34,796 nucleotides of DNA from Mizuhopecten yessoensis (taxonomy: Eukaryota), in contig NW_018407210.1 of NCBI RefSeq assembly GCF_002113885.1, forward strand, positions 106,497 to 141,292, in the 5' to 3' direction. Below, piece by piece: positions 13,501-23,847 of this stretch. Under the pieces are notes generated by a model. The model saw only the letters and a program-made list of their open reading frames with translations, had not been told where the DNA came from and searched no databases. The position numbers and the translations under genes are program-made. Every line of letters starts with the position of its first letter. The stretch's first letter is position 1.

Positions 13501-13810
13501 TTACCTGATGTCACTCTACAGCTAGCTTACCTGATGTCACTCTATAGCTAGATGACCCGATGCCTCTCTACAGCTAGATTACCTGATGTCACTCTATAGC
13601 TTTACTACCTGATGTCTCTCTACAGCTAGATTACCTGATGTCACTCTACAGCTATATTACCTGATGCCTCTCTACAGCTATATTATATTACCTGATGCCT
13701 CTCTACAGCTATATTATCTGATGCCTCTCTACAGCTATATTACCTGATGTCTATCTACAGCTATATTACTTGATAGCTTTATAGCTAGATTTGCTGATAT
13801 CCATATACAG
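7560..13810. repeat. 26-bp satellite, ~236 monomers (AGCTAGATTACCTGATGTCTCTCTAC with variants AAATGACC / GCTTACC / TATATTACC / TTTACTACC), organised in places into higher-order repeats
   Basis: Period 26 measured at 7681 to 7707. HOR examples: 9000-9125 matches 9120-9245, 9780-9900 matches 9900-10020, and 11380-11500 matches 12480-12600. Confidence 0.95.
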
Positions 13811-14452
13811 TGAAACCTAACTTACTCACGAATATCCCCTACCCTTCGAATAGTTCACTTGGTCCCGACCGTATTCTTATATATATTTGTAAATTAACCT
13901 TGGATTCCTCAAACAGCTATTGCTCTAATACCTTAGCTGTATTCCTCGAACACTGATTTATCACCCTCCACTCAAAACCTTAGTATTCCACCTATCTATT
14001 CGTTGAACAGGTAGACACACCAGCGTGTATAGCTGCGTGCCGTCGATATGCCTAGAGGCACAGGCTGCGGTCCACGCTCATTGTGCTAAATTAGAGGATT
14101 AACGGCAGTATCATTCAGTAACTGTACCGTTACCCTGGTGTAGCTGCATTATCATTTTGTGTGCATATTTATTATTTTCCAGACGATGTGTTGACATTGA
14201 TGATTTGGCGGGAAGGTTAATTCACTGGGTGTGTAAAACCCTATTTCAGCATTGCAATATTAGGCGGAAATCTCATAGCAGATTCTCCACCAACTTTTTA
14301 TAGATATTCAAACTTGAGTTCGTCATAACATGATAACAGGGATTGAAGATTTTCTTCATTTTAAAATAATCAAAGAGTTCCACACGTTTTGATATTTTGT
14401 AAAGTTAACCTAGCCGATTACAGTATGGTGGACTATGTCAAAACGACAAGCT

Positions 14453-14531
14453 TCTAGATATCGACTTAGCCATTCTGGACTAGAAGGCTAGATATCGACT
14501 TAGCCATTCTGGACTAGTAGGCTAGATATCT
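14453..14531. repeat. 34-bp tandem repeat, ~2.3 copies (CTAGATATCGACTTAGCCATTCTGGACTAGAAGG)
   Basis: TAGATA recurs at 14455, 14489 and 14523. Confidence 0.75.
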
Positions 14532-17500
14532 ATTTTTTCCGCCCGTTCATATACCTGCGGCAATGCTACACCTCTTTGTCTCCTAACTGACATCTCACAT
14601 TCCCTCCACGCAACATCGTCAGCATTGGCCTAGTTAGAAATAATATAGAAAAGTATTCACAAAGTGAAACAGCAGAATTTGACAACTTAAACACCAGAAA
14701 TTGTATACAAAGAACAGATCTAGTTTCCCAACTCCCCTTGCCTTGACAAGGGTGGACTGCATTACCTAGAGCCCTATGAGCCTAAATGTCTAGCGGAGTG
14801 AAATTCATTCATAATTTAAGGACTTAAAGAATGGTTTAAGTTGGAAACATTTTTTCAAGACAACTTTCATCTGAAGCCCCTTTCACAAAGATGCTCTCTG
14901 CATTTTGTATAGTCCTTATGAGGAAACATGTACCAGTATTTCTCCTATATTACAAGCCTACATGTTGTCTCAGTCTCCTCATAAAGATATTTTCTTCTTT
15001 GGTTTTTGACCCTTATACCTCCCATGTGAATATTGTTTTAGATTGTTCAATATCAACCCCTTTAGGACCTATCTATTAGTCCCTTTAGCAGCAAGGCCAA
15101 TCAATAACACATAACAGAAAGGGAAGCCCCTTGTAAAAACGCTTAGAACCAATATTTATTTTTCCCCTTTGTAATTCTATTCTTTATCCCTTATAGCTTG
15201 TTGTTCCTACATTTGGAGACCAGTGGATTTCACCTCTGATTCTCCTAAGTCTTCAGGAGATTAAAAAGTGGTACATGTAATGTCCTGTTTAAGGAAACAC
15301 CCCTCAACCCCTACCCTCCTACTTTGAGGAAACTTTAAGTCCATTGTCATAACGATGTTTCCTTTCATGTTTTGCTGAAATATGTTCGGTCTTTATATAA
15401 GGGAAGCTCAGACAAAGTAATGCAAAGTTCATTATTTATATATATTTTATCACACAACATTATAAGTCTTCTATGTGATAAACAACTTGTGGAATAATCT
15501 GATAACAGCTATGGCGGGTTGCTATGCCTATTTCCCCAAAGTTGTGATCCGCTACAGCGCGCGTGCCGCCGTGTACTGTCATGTGGTGTCCTCATGTATT
15601 TTTATATAGGTAGCTCTTTCGGAATCCTGTGTCTAAGAATAGATTATCTTAAACATACGAATTTAAGAAAATGGCTGTTAAAACATGCGTTTCTCGATAA
15701 AGACTCAACAAAATGTTTATTTCACGTTATTTATAATAATTCAAAACAAACCATACGCTGTATGTAGCAAAAGATCGTACAATCATTACCAACAAGTTTT
15801 AAAAGGATATAATTTTCATTACTACTGCCTGCATCATGCCATTACCTGTTTTTATTACGAATCACACATCTTCCAAATTACATATAATTTTCGAATAACG
15901 TGTATTGCGCTGCTTACTTTGTATTGCAGTCTTCCTGTTTGCCACCAAGTGATTCCTATGTATCATATCTTCATTATTTATATTCAAGAAAATCTCAATC
16001 TCAAATCAGACCTATGGAAAGTATTAATAACGTTTGTGTTCATTATAGGGATATATATGGAAATCACATACCAATGGCGGTTCATCAGATTTCTCATCCA
16101 TAGCCATTTTCTTTTTCCTTTTTGGTAATTTTGGCACCGGTAAATTTTTAACCTGAATTTTTAAGTTTATGTACAATTTGATTTATTTAACTTGAAATAC
16201 TGTATACTGGGAGTTTCACTGCAGTTAAATTTTCGTCCTTTTTGTCCGCCAGAATGAGGGCAAATATATCATTACAGCCAACAATTGTTAACAACATAAT
16301 GATAATAAAAGTTAAGGGTAAATTTCATATTGGCTTAAAATGGATCTTACTTTTGAGGGGTGAAAATTTCCCGGAACACAGTATTTGATTTGCAATATTG
16401 GACAAAACAGATTTGATACGAGATTTCGCAATATGGTACACCTCAATATCCTGGTTCCATTCATAAGCGACACAAATGCTCACACAATAGCTACAATAAT
16501 ATCTTATCATTAAAGGTATGACTTATGACTTTAAATTATAATCCTCACAGACAACATGTCAAATCTGTAATTAATGTAATTGCGAATAAGTTGGGCAAGC
16601 AAAAAGGAACTATAAGATATTAAGGCAAAGTAGCATCATTGTTTTACGAATATATTTTTATGAATATACTTATGTTGACATTGAAATTCTGAAAGACAAT
16701 CTCATTTTAGGTATTGCCATATTTGACCAAAATATTTCATCAAAATCTGCTTAGAAATCAAGTTGGTAGAGTGAGATGGTTCACAAATTTCTATCAACAT
16801 TTACAAAGACCTAATGCCATCAATCCTGGAGCCCTGAAGTATAAACTCATTCCAGATGTTCTCTTACTTGTTCTTTGTATAAAGCTTGATGAAATTCTGT
16901 TAACCAAATGATGTCCCTAGAGACATGATATTGAATCGGAACAAGACTGGACAGGGGTAACACCATATGATCCCAATAAAATGTTTGGTGGGGGAGGAGG
17001 GACAGGGACAGGGGCCGTAATGATAAAAAACCTTTACAAGTGTGTCCACACATACCCATTGCTGAACAGGACATAACTAGAATTTCTTGAATCACCTCAG
17101 CTATAATCACAATCAAAGCACAACAGCAATAAATATGGTTACCTAGATGTAACTGACAGAACATATTACTCTCTTTGTTATAATTTGTGTGTCTGACACT
17201 GGTGACAGATCTTGCTGAAAATTGACAGGTTCAACTCCTATTCTGTCTAAACAGTACCTCGAAAAAGTATATGCCTAAACATTTCATACCACAGAGATGC
17301 TTGATAAAGATTGTCAGATGTATCTCCTGGCAAAAAAGAGTACAGATAGAATGGCCACTCTGACCATAAGTGCTGTCCTGTTTCCTTGTAATGAACAACT
17401 GCCCTCATCCTGTCATGGAACGATTCGGGTACAGGTTATGGTGGAGTCATTTTAATAGGCTTATCAAATGGAACTCCTAGTGCTAACTTCTTCACTGACC

Positions 17501-17617
17501 ATTGACCCATTGATGATCATAGACAAGCACATGCCTAAACCATTCACTCACAAGCCCCCCCCCCCCCTTTCCTCCTTGGATGAAGGGAAATAATTGGCTT
17601 TGAAAATCAGGTGGGAT

Positions 17618-18900
17618 ATCTCATGACAATGGGATCCCTGAACCCTCTTGACTACCACCATCCCTAGACAATGGGATCCCCAAACCCTCTTGACTACTGT
17701 CATCCCACGACAATAGGATACTTGAACCTTCCTGACAACTGCCATCCCACGACAATGGGATCCCTAGACCCTCGTGACTACTGCCATCCGAAGACAACAG
17801 GATCCCCAAACCCACCGGACTACTGCCATCCCACGACAATGAGACCCCTAGACCCTCCTGACTACTGCCATCGTAACACAACAAGATCCATAAACCCTCT
17901 TGACTACTGACATCCCACGACAATCGAATCCCTGGACCCACTTGACTACTGCCATCCCACGACAATCGAATCCCTGGACCCACTTGACTACTGCCATCCC
18001 ACGACAAGGGGATCCCTAGACCCTCTTGACTACTGCCATCGGAAGACAACAAGATCCATAACCCCTCTTGACTACTGCCATCCCACGTCAATGGGATCCC
18101 CAGACCCTCTTGACTACTGCAATTCGAAGACAACAGGATCCACAAACCCACCGGACTACTGCCCTCCCATGACAATGAGATCCCTAGACCCTCCTGCCTC
18201 CTGCCACCGGAAGACAACAAGATCCATAAACCCTCTTGACTACTGCCATCCCACGACAATCGAATCCCTGGACCCACTTGACTACTGCCATCCCACGACA
18301 ATGGGATCCCTAGACCCTCTTGACTACTGCCATTCGAAGACAACAGGATCCACAAACCCACCGGACTACTGCCATCCCATGACAATGAGATCCCTAGACC
18401 CTCTTGACTACTGCCATCCCACGACAGTGAGATCCCTGAACCCACTTGACTACTGCCATCCCACGACAATGGGATCCACAAACCCTATTGATTACTGCCA
18501 TCCGAAGACAACAGGATCCCCTGAGACCCTCTTGACTACTGCCATCGGAAGACAGCAGGATCCATAAACCCTCTTGACTACTGCCATCCCACGACAATCG
18601 GATCCCTGAACCCACTTGACTACTGCCGTCCCATGACAATGGGATCTCCAGACCCTCTTGACTACTGCCATCCCACGTCAATGGGATCCCCAGACCCTCT
18701 TGACTACAGCCATCCCATGACAATGTGATCCACAAACCCTCCTGACTTCTGCCATCCAATGACAACAGGATCCACAAACCATCTTGACTACAGCCATCCA
18801 ATGACAACAGGATCCACAAACCCTCTTGACTACAGCCAACCGATAACAACGGGATCCATAAACCCTCTTGACTACAGCCATCCAATGACAATGGGATCCC
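17618..18900. repeat. 42-bp satellite, ~30 copies (GACTACTGCCATCCCACGACAATGGGATCCCTAGACCCTCTT and variants)
   Basis: Period 42 measured at 17941 to 17983. The period is a multiple of 3, so both strands stay open (ORFs 17621..18481, 18091..18567, 18394..18903). Confidence 0.9.
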
Positions 18901-19309
18901 CAATGAAATTTTTGCATCTATTGTCTAATACATTCCGAGTCAATCGACAGAATTACATTTCCTCCCATGTAGCACTACTTTTTGAGCTTTCAATACACAA
19001 ATGACAGTTTGATTGACCTACCTTCTCCAAGGGAACACTGCTGTCTAAGCTTCTTTCTAAAGTACTGGTTAATGTCCAACCATCACCATCACCTTGTGAA
19101 ACCTACAATTTAGAAATTTAAATCACTAAACAATTCGAGATATTAGAATTAAATTCTGACTGAAAATGAAAAATGTATACTCAAAAGTATAATTTCCCTA
19201 CTTAAACTATATTTAATTCTACATGCTCCCCAGGGTATTGAAATTCACAACTTTTATACTATACGACCTTTTAATCCATGAAGAGTATTTGACTCCAGCA
19301 CATCTGGGC

Positions 19310-19530
19310 CTGAAGAAGAAGATTGTTGAAGTTTTAGCCAATTTTACTCCTTTTGGCCCCGCCCTCAGGGGTTAGATCCATAATATTCACATTGCTTTTG
19401 ACCATGGAACTTTCCTGTAATTTTTTTATTGAAATTGGTTCAGTGGTTATGGAAAAGTAATGAAAAATGTGAAATGTTTACAGACGCACAGCAGCGGACA
19501 GATCACCTGAGGCTTTGTCTCAGGTGACAT
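19310..19530 (+). mobile_element. solo copy of the element-1 family: one ~150-bp unit (..TTTTGGCCCCGCCCTCAGG..TTGACCATGGAA..TTTATTGAAATTGGTTCAGTGG..), a degenerate GGAC microsatellite, and the palindrome TCACCTGAGGCTTTGTCTCAGGTGA (19502-19528)
   Basis: Alignable by eye to 150-470 of this window and in the same orientation. Confidence 0.45.
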
Positions 19531-19667
19531 AAAGAGCATATCTACACAGGTATTTACATATAAACTGGGACATTACATTCAGGAAATCTATGTGATGACT
19601 TTTTTTGAGACCAAACCTGTGTATATAATTATACAGAATGGAATGAATGTAAAAATAAATTAACATA

Positions 19668-20686
19668 CCTGTCTCCTTAGAGCATGCATGCCGTTTTCCA
19701 TAGGCAGAGAGCTAAACCTTTGCTGTTTCTTTTTGCTTTTGATTGAAACCTTTGATTGCAAGCCTGAAAGAGGAGGTGGTGGAAGTGCTGCTGCTGATTG
19801 AAAAGCCATGGCTGATTGTGAAGGTGGGCGAGGAGGTCCTGCTGATTGAAAAGCCATGGCAGACTGTGGAGGAGGTCCTGCTGATTGAAAAGCCCTATCA
19901 GACTGTTGAATTGGTGGAGGAGGTCCTGCTGATTGAAAAGCCACGGCAGACAGTGGAATTGGTGGAGGAGGTCCTGCTGATTGAAAAGCCATGGCAGACT
20001 GTTGAGGTAGGGACATATATGACTTTAGAAGTGGGTGAGGAAAGCCTGGTGCTTTTAGGCACTGTATGGCATATTGTGGAGGTGGGGAAGGAGGTCCTGT
20101 TGATCTGGTATGGAGTGAAGGTGGGGGAGGAGGTCCTGCTGATTTAAAAGCCATGGCAGACTTTGGAGGTGGGGGAGGAAGTCCTGCTGTTTCAAAAAAC
20201 ATGGCAGACATTGGAGGTGGGGGAGGAGGTCCTGCTGATCTGTCAGGGAGTGGAGGTGGGGGAGGAGGTCCTGCTGATTTAAAAAACATGGCAGACTTTG
20301 GAGTTGGGGGAGGAGGTCCTGCTGATTTGGCAGAGAGTGAAGGTGGCGGAGGAGGTCTTGCTGATCTGGCAGAGTGTAGAGGTGGGGGAGGAGGTCTTGC
20401 TGATCTGGCAGAGTGAAGAGGTGGGGGAGGAGGTCCTGCTGATCTGGCAGAGTGTGGAGCTGGCGGAGGAGGTCTTGCTGATCTGGCAAGGTTTCTTGCT
20501 AATCTGGCAGAGCGTAGAGGTGGGGAAGGAGGTCCTGCTGAATTCAAAGCCATGGCAGATGATGGAGGTGGTTGAGGAAGAGAAGACAGACAACTTTCTG
20601 ATGTAAAAGCCATGGCAGAAGGTGGAAATTGGGGAGCTGCTTTTAAAGTCACGGCAGACCTTGGAGACCTTTTGTGCAGAACCCTG
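19668..20686 (-). CDS. candidate internal exon encoding a Pro-rich repetitive peptide (..SAMAFQSAGPPPPPP.. 16-aa repeats)
   Basis: The minus strand has a polypyrimidine tract plus TTGCAG acceptor at ~20687 (TACTGTTCTGTTGCAG|GG) and a CAG|GTATGT donor at ~19667. The open frame itself is weak evidence because the 48-bp repeat keeps several frames open. Confidence 0.25.
19780..20640. repeat. degenerate ~48-bp minisatellite (GGAGGAGGTCCTGCTGATTGAAAAGCCATGGCAGACTGTGGAGGTGGG and variants)
   Basis: Period 48 measured at 20160-20260. Five of the six frames are open across it. Confidence 0.8.
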
Positions 20687-20811
20687 CAACAGAACAGTAG
20701 CAAGATTTTTCTTCATTTTTCCCTGTTGTATTACCAAAGCTAAATCGAGATTTTCAACTTATATGTTTCAGACTTTATTCATTTTTTTATAACCCCCGCA
20801 ACAAAGTTAAA

Positions 20812-20900
20812 GGGGGGGGGGGGGGGGAATACTGGAATCACTCTGTCTGTCTGTCCGTCCGTTCGTCCGTAGACACAAATTGGTACCACCTTCTCCTCCT
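20812..20900 (-). repeat. poly-G16 followed by (GTCC)n/(GTCT)n microsatellite. This is the reverse complement of the GGAC-type tail module, so it is a minus-orientation tail fragment
   Basis: The reverse complement reads GGAGGAGAAGGTGGTACCAATTTGTGTCTACGGACGAACGGACGGACAGACAG, which parallels GGAGAAGAAGTCGAAAATGTAAATTGTATACGGACGGACGACGG at 340-400. Confidence 0.5.
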
Positions 20901-21163
20901 AGATTTCAGCATGGATTTTGATGAAACTTTACACACATGTTATACCTCAAATGAACTTGTGGTGTCTCCCAGAACGCCATTATGTTCCTTTTATATTTAC
21001 TAGAGTTATGGCCCTTGTCTTCAGTAGACGGTACATTATGTTACTGAAATGGCTAATTATCTTGGAAACGGTAGGTATAAATGAACAAAGTGACAGCTAT
21101 ATTCACAATTTCCTCCTTTCAGTGGCACATGACATAGGGATTGAACAGCATTTTTTTAATTTT

Positions 21164-21236
21164 CATGTCGGTATGAACGCAATTCGGTTACATCCATATT
21201 GCATAGATGTAACTGATTTGTGTTCATACCGGCATG
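21164..21236. repeat. inverted repeat CATGTCGGTATGAACGCAA ... TTGTGTTCATACCGGCATG (about 19-bp arms with two mismatches, ~35-bp loop)
   Basis: Reverse-complement symmetry read directly. Confidence 0.7.
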
Positions 21237-21526
21237 ATAATTTAAACTAGAACTGTAAGCCAAAGACTAACTAATACCCCCTGCTCCTATATAAACCAGA
21301 ACTGTAAGGTAAAGGCTTACTAAGGCAAAGCATTGTAAGGCAGTCCATAGTCTCCCACCAGTAATGATTTCTTTATTGACTGAGCTGTTCACTTATTTAA
21401 GTATATAGGTCACTGACATACTTCCTGTACTCTCTCCCAATGCCAACATATACTTGCAAACCAAATCTTGTTAGCCCAGATGAATGAGTTTTGCTGAAAT
21501 CGTCCTAGTATTTAAGGAAGCGCAAT

Positions 21527-21790
21527 ATCAGGTGGTAGTTATCAATAATCATATCTGAAAACTTTCATTAAAATTTGCCCCATAGTTTTGGAGGAGTTGT
21601 GCGGACAAGGATTTTTCAACAAAGGACCATAAATTTGTAAAAAAGGGTCAGACTGAATAAATAATACCTGAATGCACAACTTCAGGTGGTAGTTATAATA
21701 TCCGGAAACTTTCGTTAAAATCGATCCATAACTGTAGAAGGAGTTGTACGGACAAAAAGTTTCAGGATTTTATCAACAAAGCGGGGGGTT
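21527..21790. repeat. ~156-bp tandem duplication, 2 copies (CAGGTGGTAGTTAT...GGAGTTGT[G/A]CGGACAA...CAACAAAG)
   Basis: Two alignable units start at 21527 and 21683. The GGAGTTGTGCGGACAAGG segment resembles the tail module. Confidence 0.7.
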
Positions 21791-22374
21791 ATAAAAACGC
21801 CGTTCAATCCATATATTTTCATTTTTATTAAAGAACAATTGTTTAATTTTATTTATTTGTTCTTAAATAATTTATTGATTTTCTGATTTTCTGCGTTTTG
21901 TATATGCGTCGTCCTTTAAACGACATTGGCGCAACAGCCCTATTTAAATTAAATTGGCGCCAATAATTAACCGTAGTCATTTGAGCGTTTGACGCAGGGG
22001 CATTCTCCATGTTATCCTAAGCGAAGCGACAAGACTCTCATTGAACAAGGTTAATCTATGACGTCAAAAGTAAACCATGTGTTTCGTCACAAGAGTTTTT
22101 GCTTCCATACTCAAATGAAATACATTTCTGCTGGGAATGTTCAAATAGTGGGTTGCAGCACAAAATGTAAATATATAAAGAGGGATGTATGTACCCTACC
22201 GTCAAAATAATATGTAGCATTTATAAACAGATCCCCTCTCCCCAAAATCGACTCCTATTACATAATTGATTACAAGTAAAACACAAATTATTTGAAATAC
22301 CAGAATAACACAATTTACAACTTTACATAGATCTATTTCCATACCTTCCCACTGGGGAATCCTCTTCCTCATCA

Positions 22375-22452
22375 TCAAACAGACCAAAGCCCATGTCATC
22401 ATCACACTCCTCCTCCTCCTCCTCCTCCTCCTCCTCCTCCTCCTCCGACATT
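22375..22452 (-). CDS. short acidic ORF MSEEEEEEEEEEEEECDDDMGFGLV*. Its C-terminus mimics the conserved ribosomal stalk P-protein (P0/P1/P2) tail ..EESDDDMGFGLFD. It may be the terminal exon of a P-like gene or a pseudogene fragment
   Basis: Translated by hand from the reverse complement of 22375-22452, with a TGA stop at 22375-22377. A TGTGTTACAG acceptor lies just upstream at ~22468-22474. The motif match is DDDMGFGL, 8 residues. Confidence 0.35.
22409..22447. repeat. (TCC)13 perfect microsatellite, which reads (GAG)13 on the minus strand
   Basis: Counted directly. Confidence 0.95.
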
Positions 22453-22699
22453 ACTTGCACTGCTTTCTGTAACACATTGAATTCCTGATCTTAACAACAC
22501 ACTTGATTTGATTGGATTTCTGATAATAAGGTTTTCAAGATTTCGAGATTTTTATTTTCAGCCACACTATATGTGGAACAAGAGGTCACATGTATAGGAT
22601 ACATTTATACAAACATTCATGGTGAAAATAACATCCCATTAGATATCTGATTATAATAACACAAATATTATAATCAACAGGTGATTCCTGGAAGTATTT

Positions 22700-22995
22700 C
22701 TAGTAATTGTTTTAAAGGGCTGTTGACTTTGTCTGATCAGTCTATAAGGTTGTCGGTAACCTTATAGCTGGTATTTATTGTTTTACAAGGCTGTTGACTC
22801 AGTCTGATCAGTCTATAAGGTTGTCGGTAACCTTAAAGCTGGTATTTATTGTTTTACAGGGCTGTTGACTCTGTCTGATCAGTCTAGAAGGTTGTCGGTG
22901 ACCTTATAGCTGGTATTTATTGTTTTACAAGGCTGTTGACTCTGTCTGATCAGTCTATAAGGTTGTCGGTAACCTTATAGCTGGTATTTATTCTG
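22700..22995. repeat. ~71-bp tandem repeat, ~4 copies (GGCTGTTGACTCTGTCTGATCAGTCTATAAGGTTGTCGGTAACCTTATAGCTGGTATTTATTGTTTTACAAG)
   Basis: Copies begin at 22718, 22789, 22860 and 22931. Confidence 0.9.
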
Positions 22996-23123
22996 GTAAG
23001 GTTTCCATGAAATGCCTACCCGAGTCATGAGTAGATTCCTGATTAAAGTAACACATTACATTCCAGTTCATAATGACACATTAGAATCCTGATGATCATA
23101 CCAAGATAGATACCTGATTATAA

Positions 23124-23290
23124 CAAGAGGCCCAGAGGGCCTGTATCACTCACCTGGATCTTTATGCCAAACAAGGATATATATGGTTATGGGGTGGGGA
23201 TCTCAACTGTTTCACTGTCATGGCCCAGAAGTTAATGTCCTAGGGGTTTATCTCCATATACCCATCAATTGCATATATTAGCCCCTTAGC
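23124..23290 (+). mobile_element. conserved element head (CAAGAGGCCCAGAGGGCCTGTATCACTCACCTGGATCTTTATGCC...GTCCTAGGGGTTTATCTCC) that precedes a tandem array
   Basis: Near-identical copy at 23848-24010. Related copies at 5180, 25807, 25990 and 27984. It contains the stem AGGCCC-AGA-GGGCCT. Confidence 0.4.
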
Positions 23291-23455
23291 CCCACTGAGG
23301 GTCAGCCTCTTAGCGACACTGCCAGTCAGCCCCTTAGCCCCACTGATGGTCAGTCCCTTAGCCCCACTGAGGGTCAGCCTCTTAGCCCCTCTGACGGTCA
23401 GCCCCTTAGCCCCACTGATGGTCAGCCCCTTAGTCCCACTGAGGGTCTGACTCTG
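23285..23455. repeat. 24-bp tandem repeat, ~7 copies (GTCAGCCCCTTAGCCCCACTGAGG)
   Basis: Direct repetition. Same family as the array at 24005-24885. Confidence 0.9.
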
Positions 23456-23720
23456 TCTGATCAGTCTAGAAGGTTGTCGGTGACCTTATAGCTGGTATTT
23501 ATTGTTTTACAAGGCTGTTGACTCTGTCTGATCAGTCTATAAGGTTGTCGGTAACCTTATAGCTGGTATTTATTGTTTTACAAGGCTGTTGACTCTGTCT
23601 GATCAGTCTAGAAGGATGTCGGTGACCTTATAGCTGGTATTTATTGTTTTACAAGGCTGTTGACTCTGTCTGATCAGTCTATAAGGTTGTCGGTAACCTT
23701 ATAGCTGGTATTTATTCTGG
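23452..23720. repeat. ~71-bp tandem repeat, ~3.7 copies. Second block of the 22700-22995 family
   Basis: Part of the ~760-bp segmental duplication. Confidence 0.9.
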
Positions 23721-23847
23721 TAAGGTTTCCATGAAATGCCTTCCCGAGTCATGAGTAGATTCCTGATTAAAGTAACACATTACATTCCAGTTCATAATGA
23801 CACATTAGAATCCTGATGATCATACCAAGATAGATACCTGATTATAA

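Noticed and set aside
7560-13810. Regularly spaced short direct repeats that could suggest a CRISPR array
   Set aside because: The repeats are contiguous with no unique spacers, the context is eukaryotic, and no cas-like ORFs are present. It is a classical satellite.
15519-16128. Overlapping plus ORFs of 82, 147 and 67 aa
   Set aside because: Extremely AT-rich and low-complexity (runs of Ile/Tyr/Phe), with no splice or start context.
20918-21250. Plus ORF of 110 aa
   Set aside because: AT-rich with no recognisable motifs. It overlaps a hairpin and tail-fragment patchwork and is most likely spurious.
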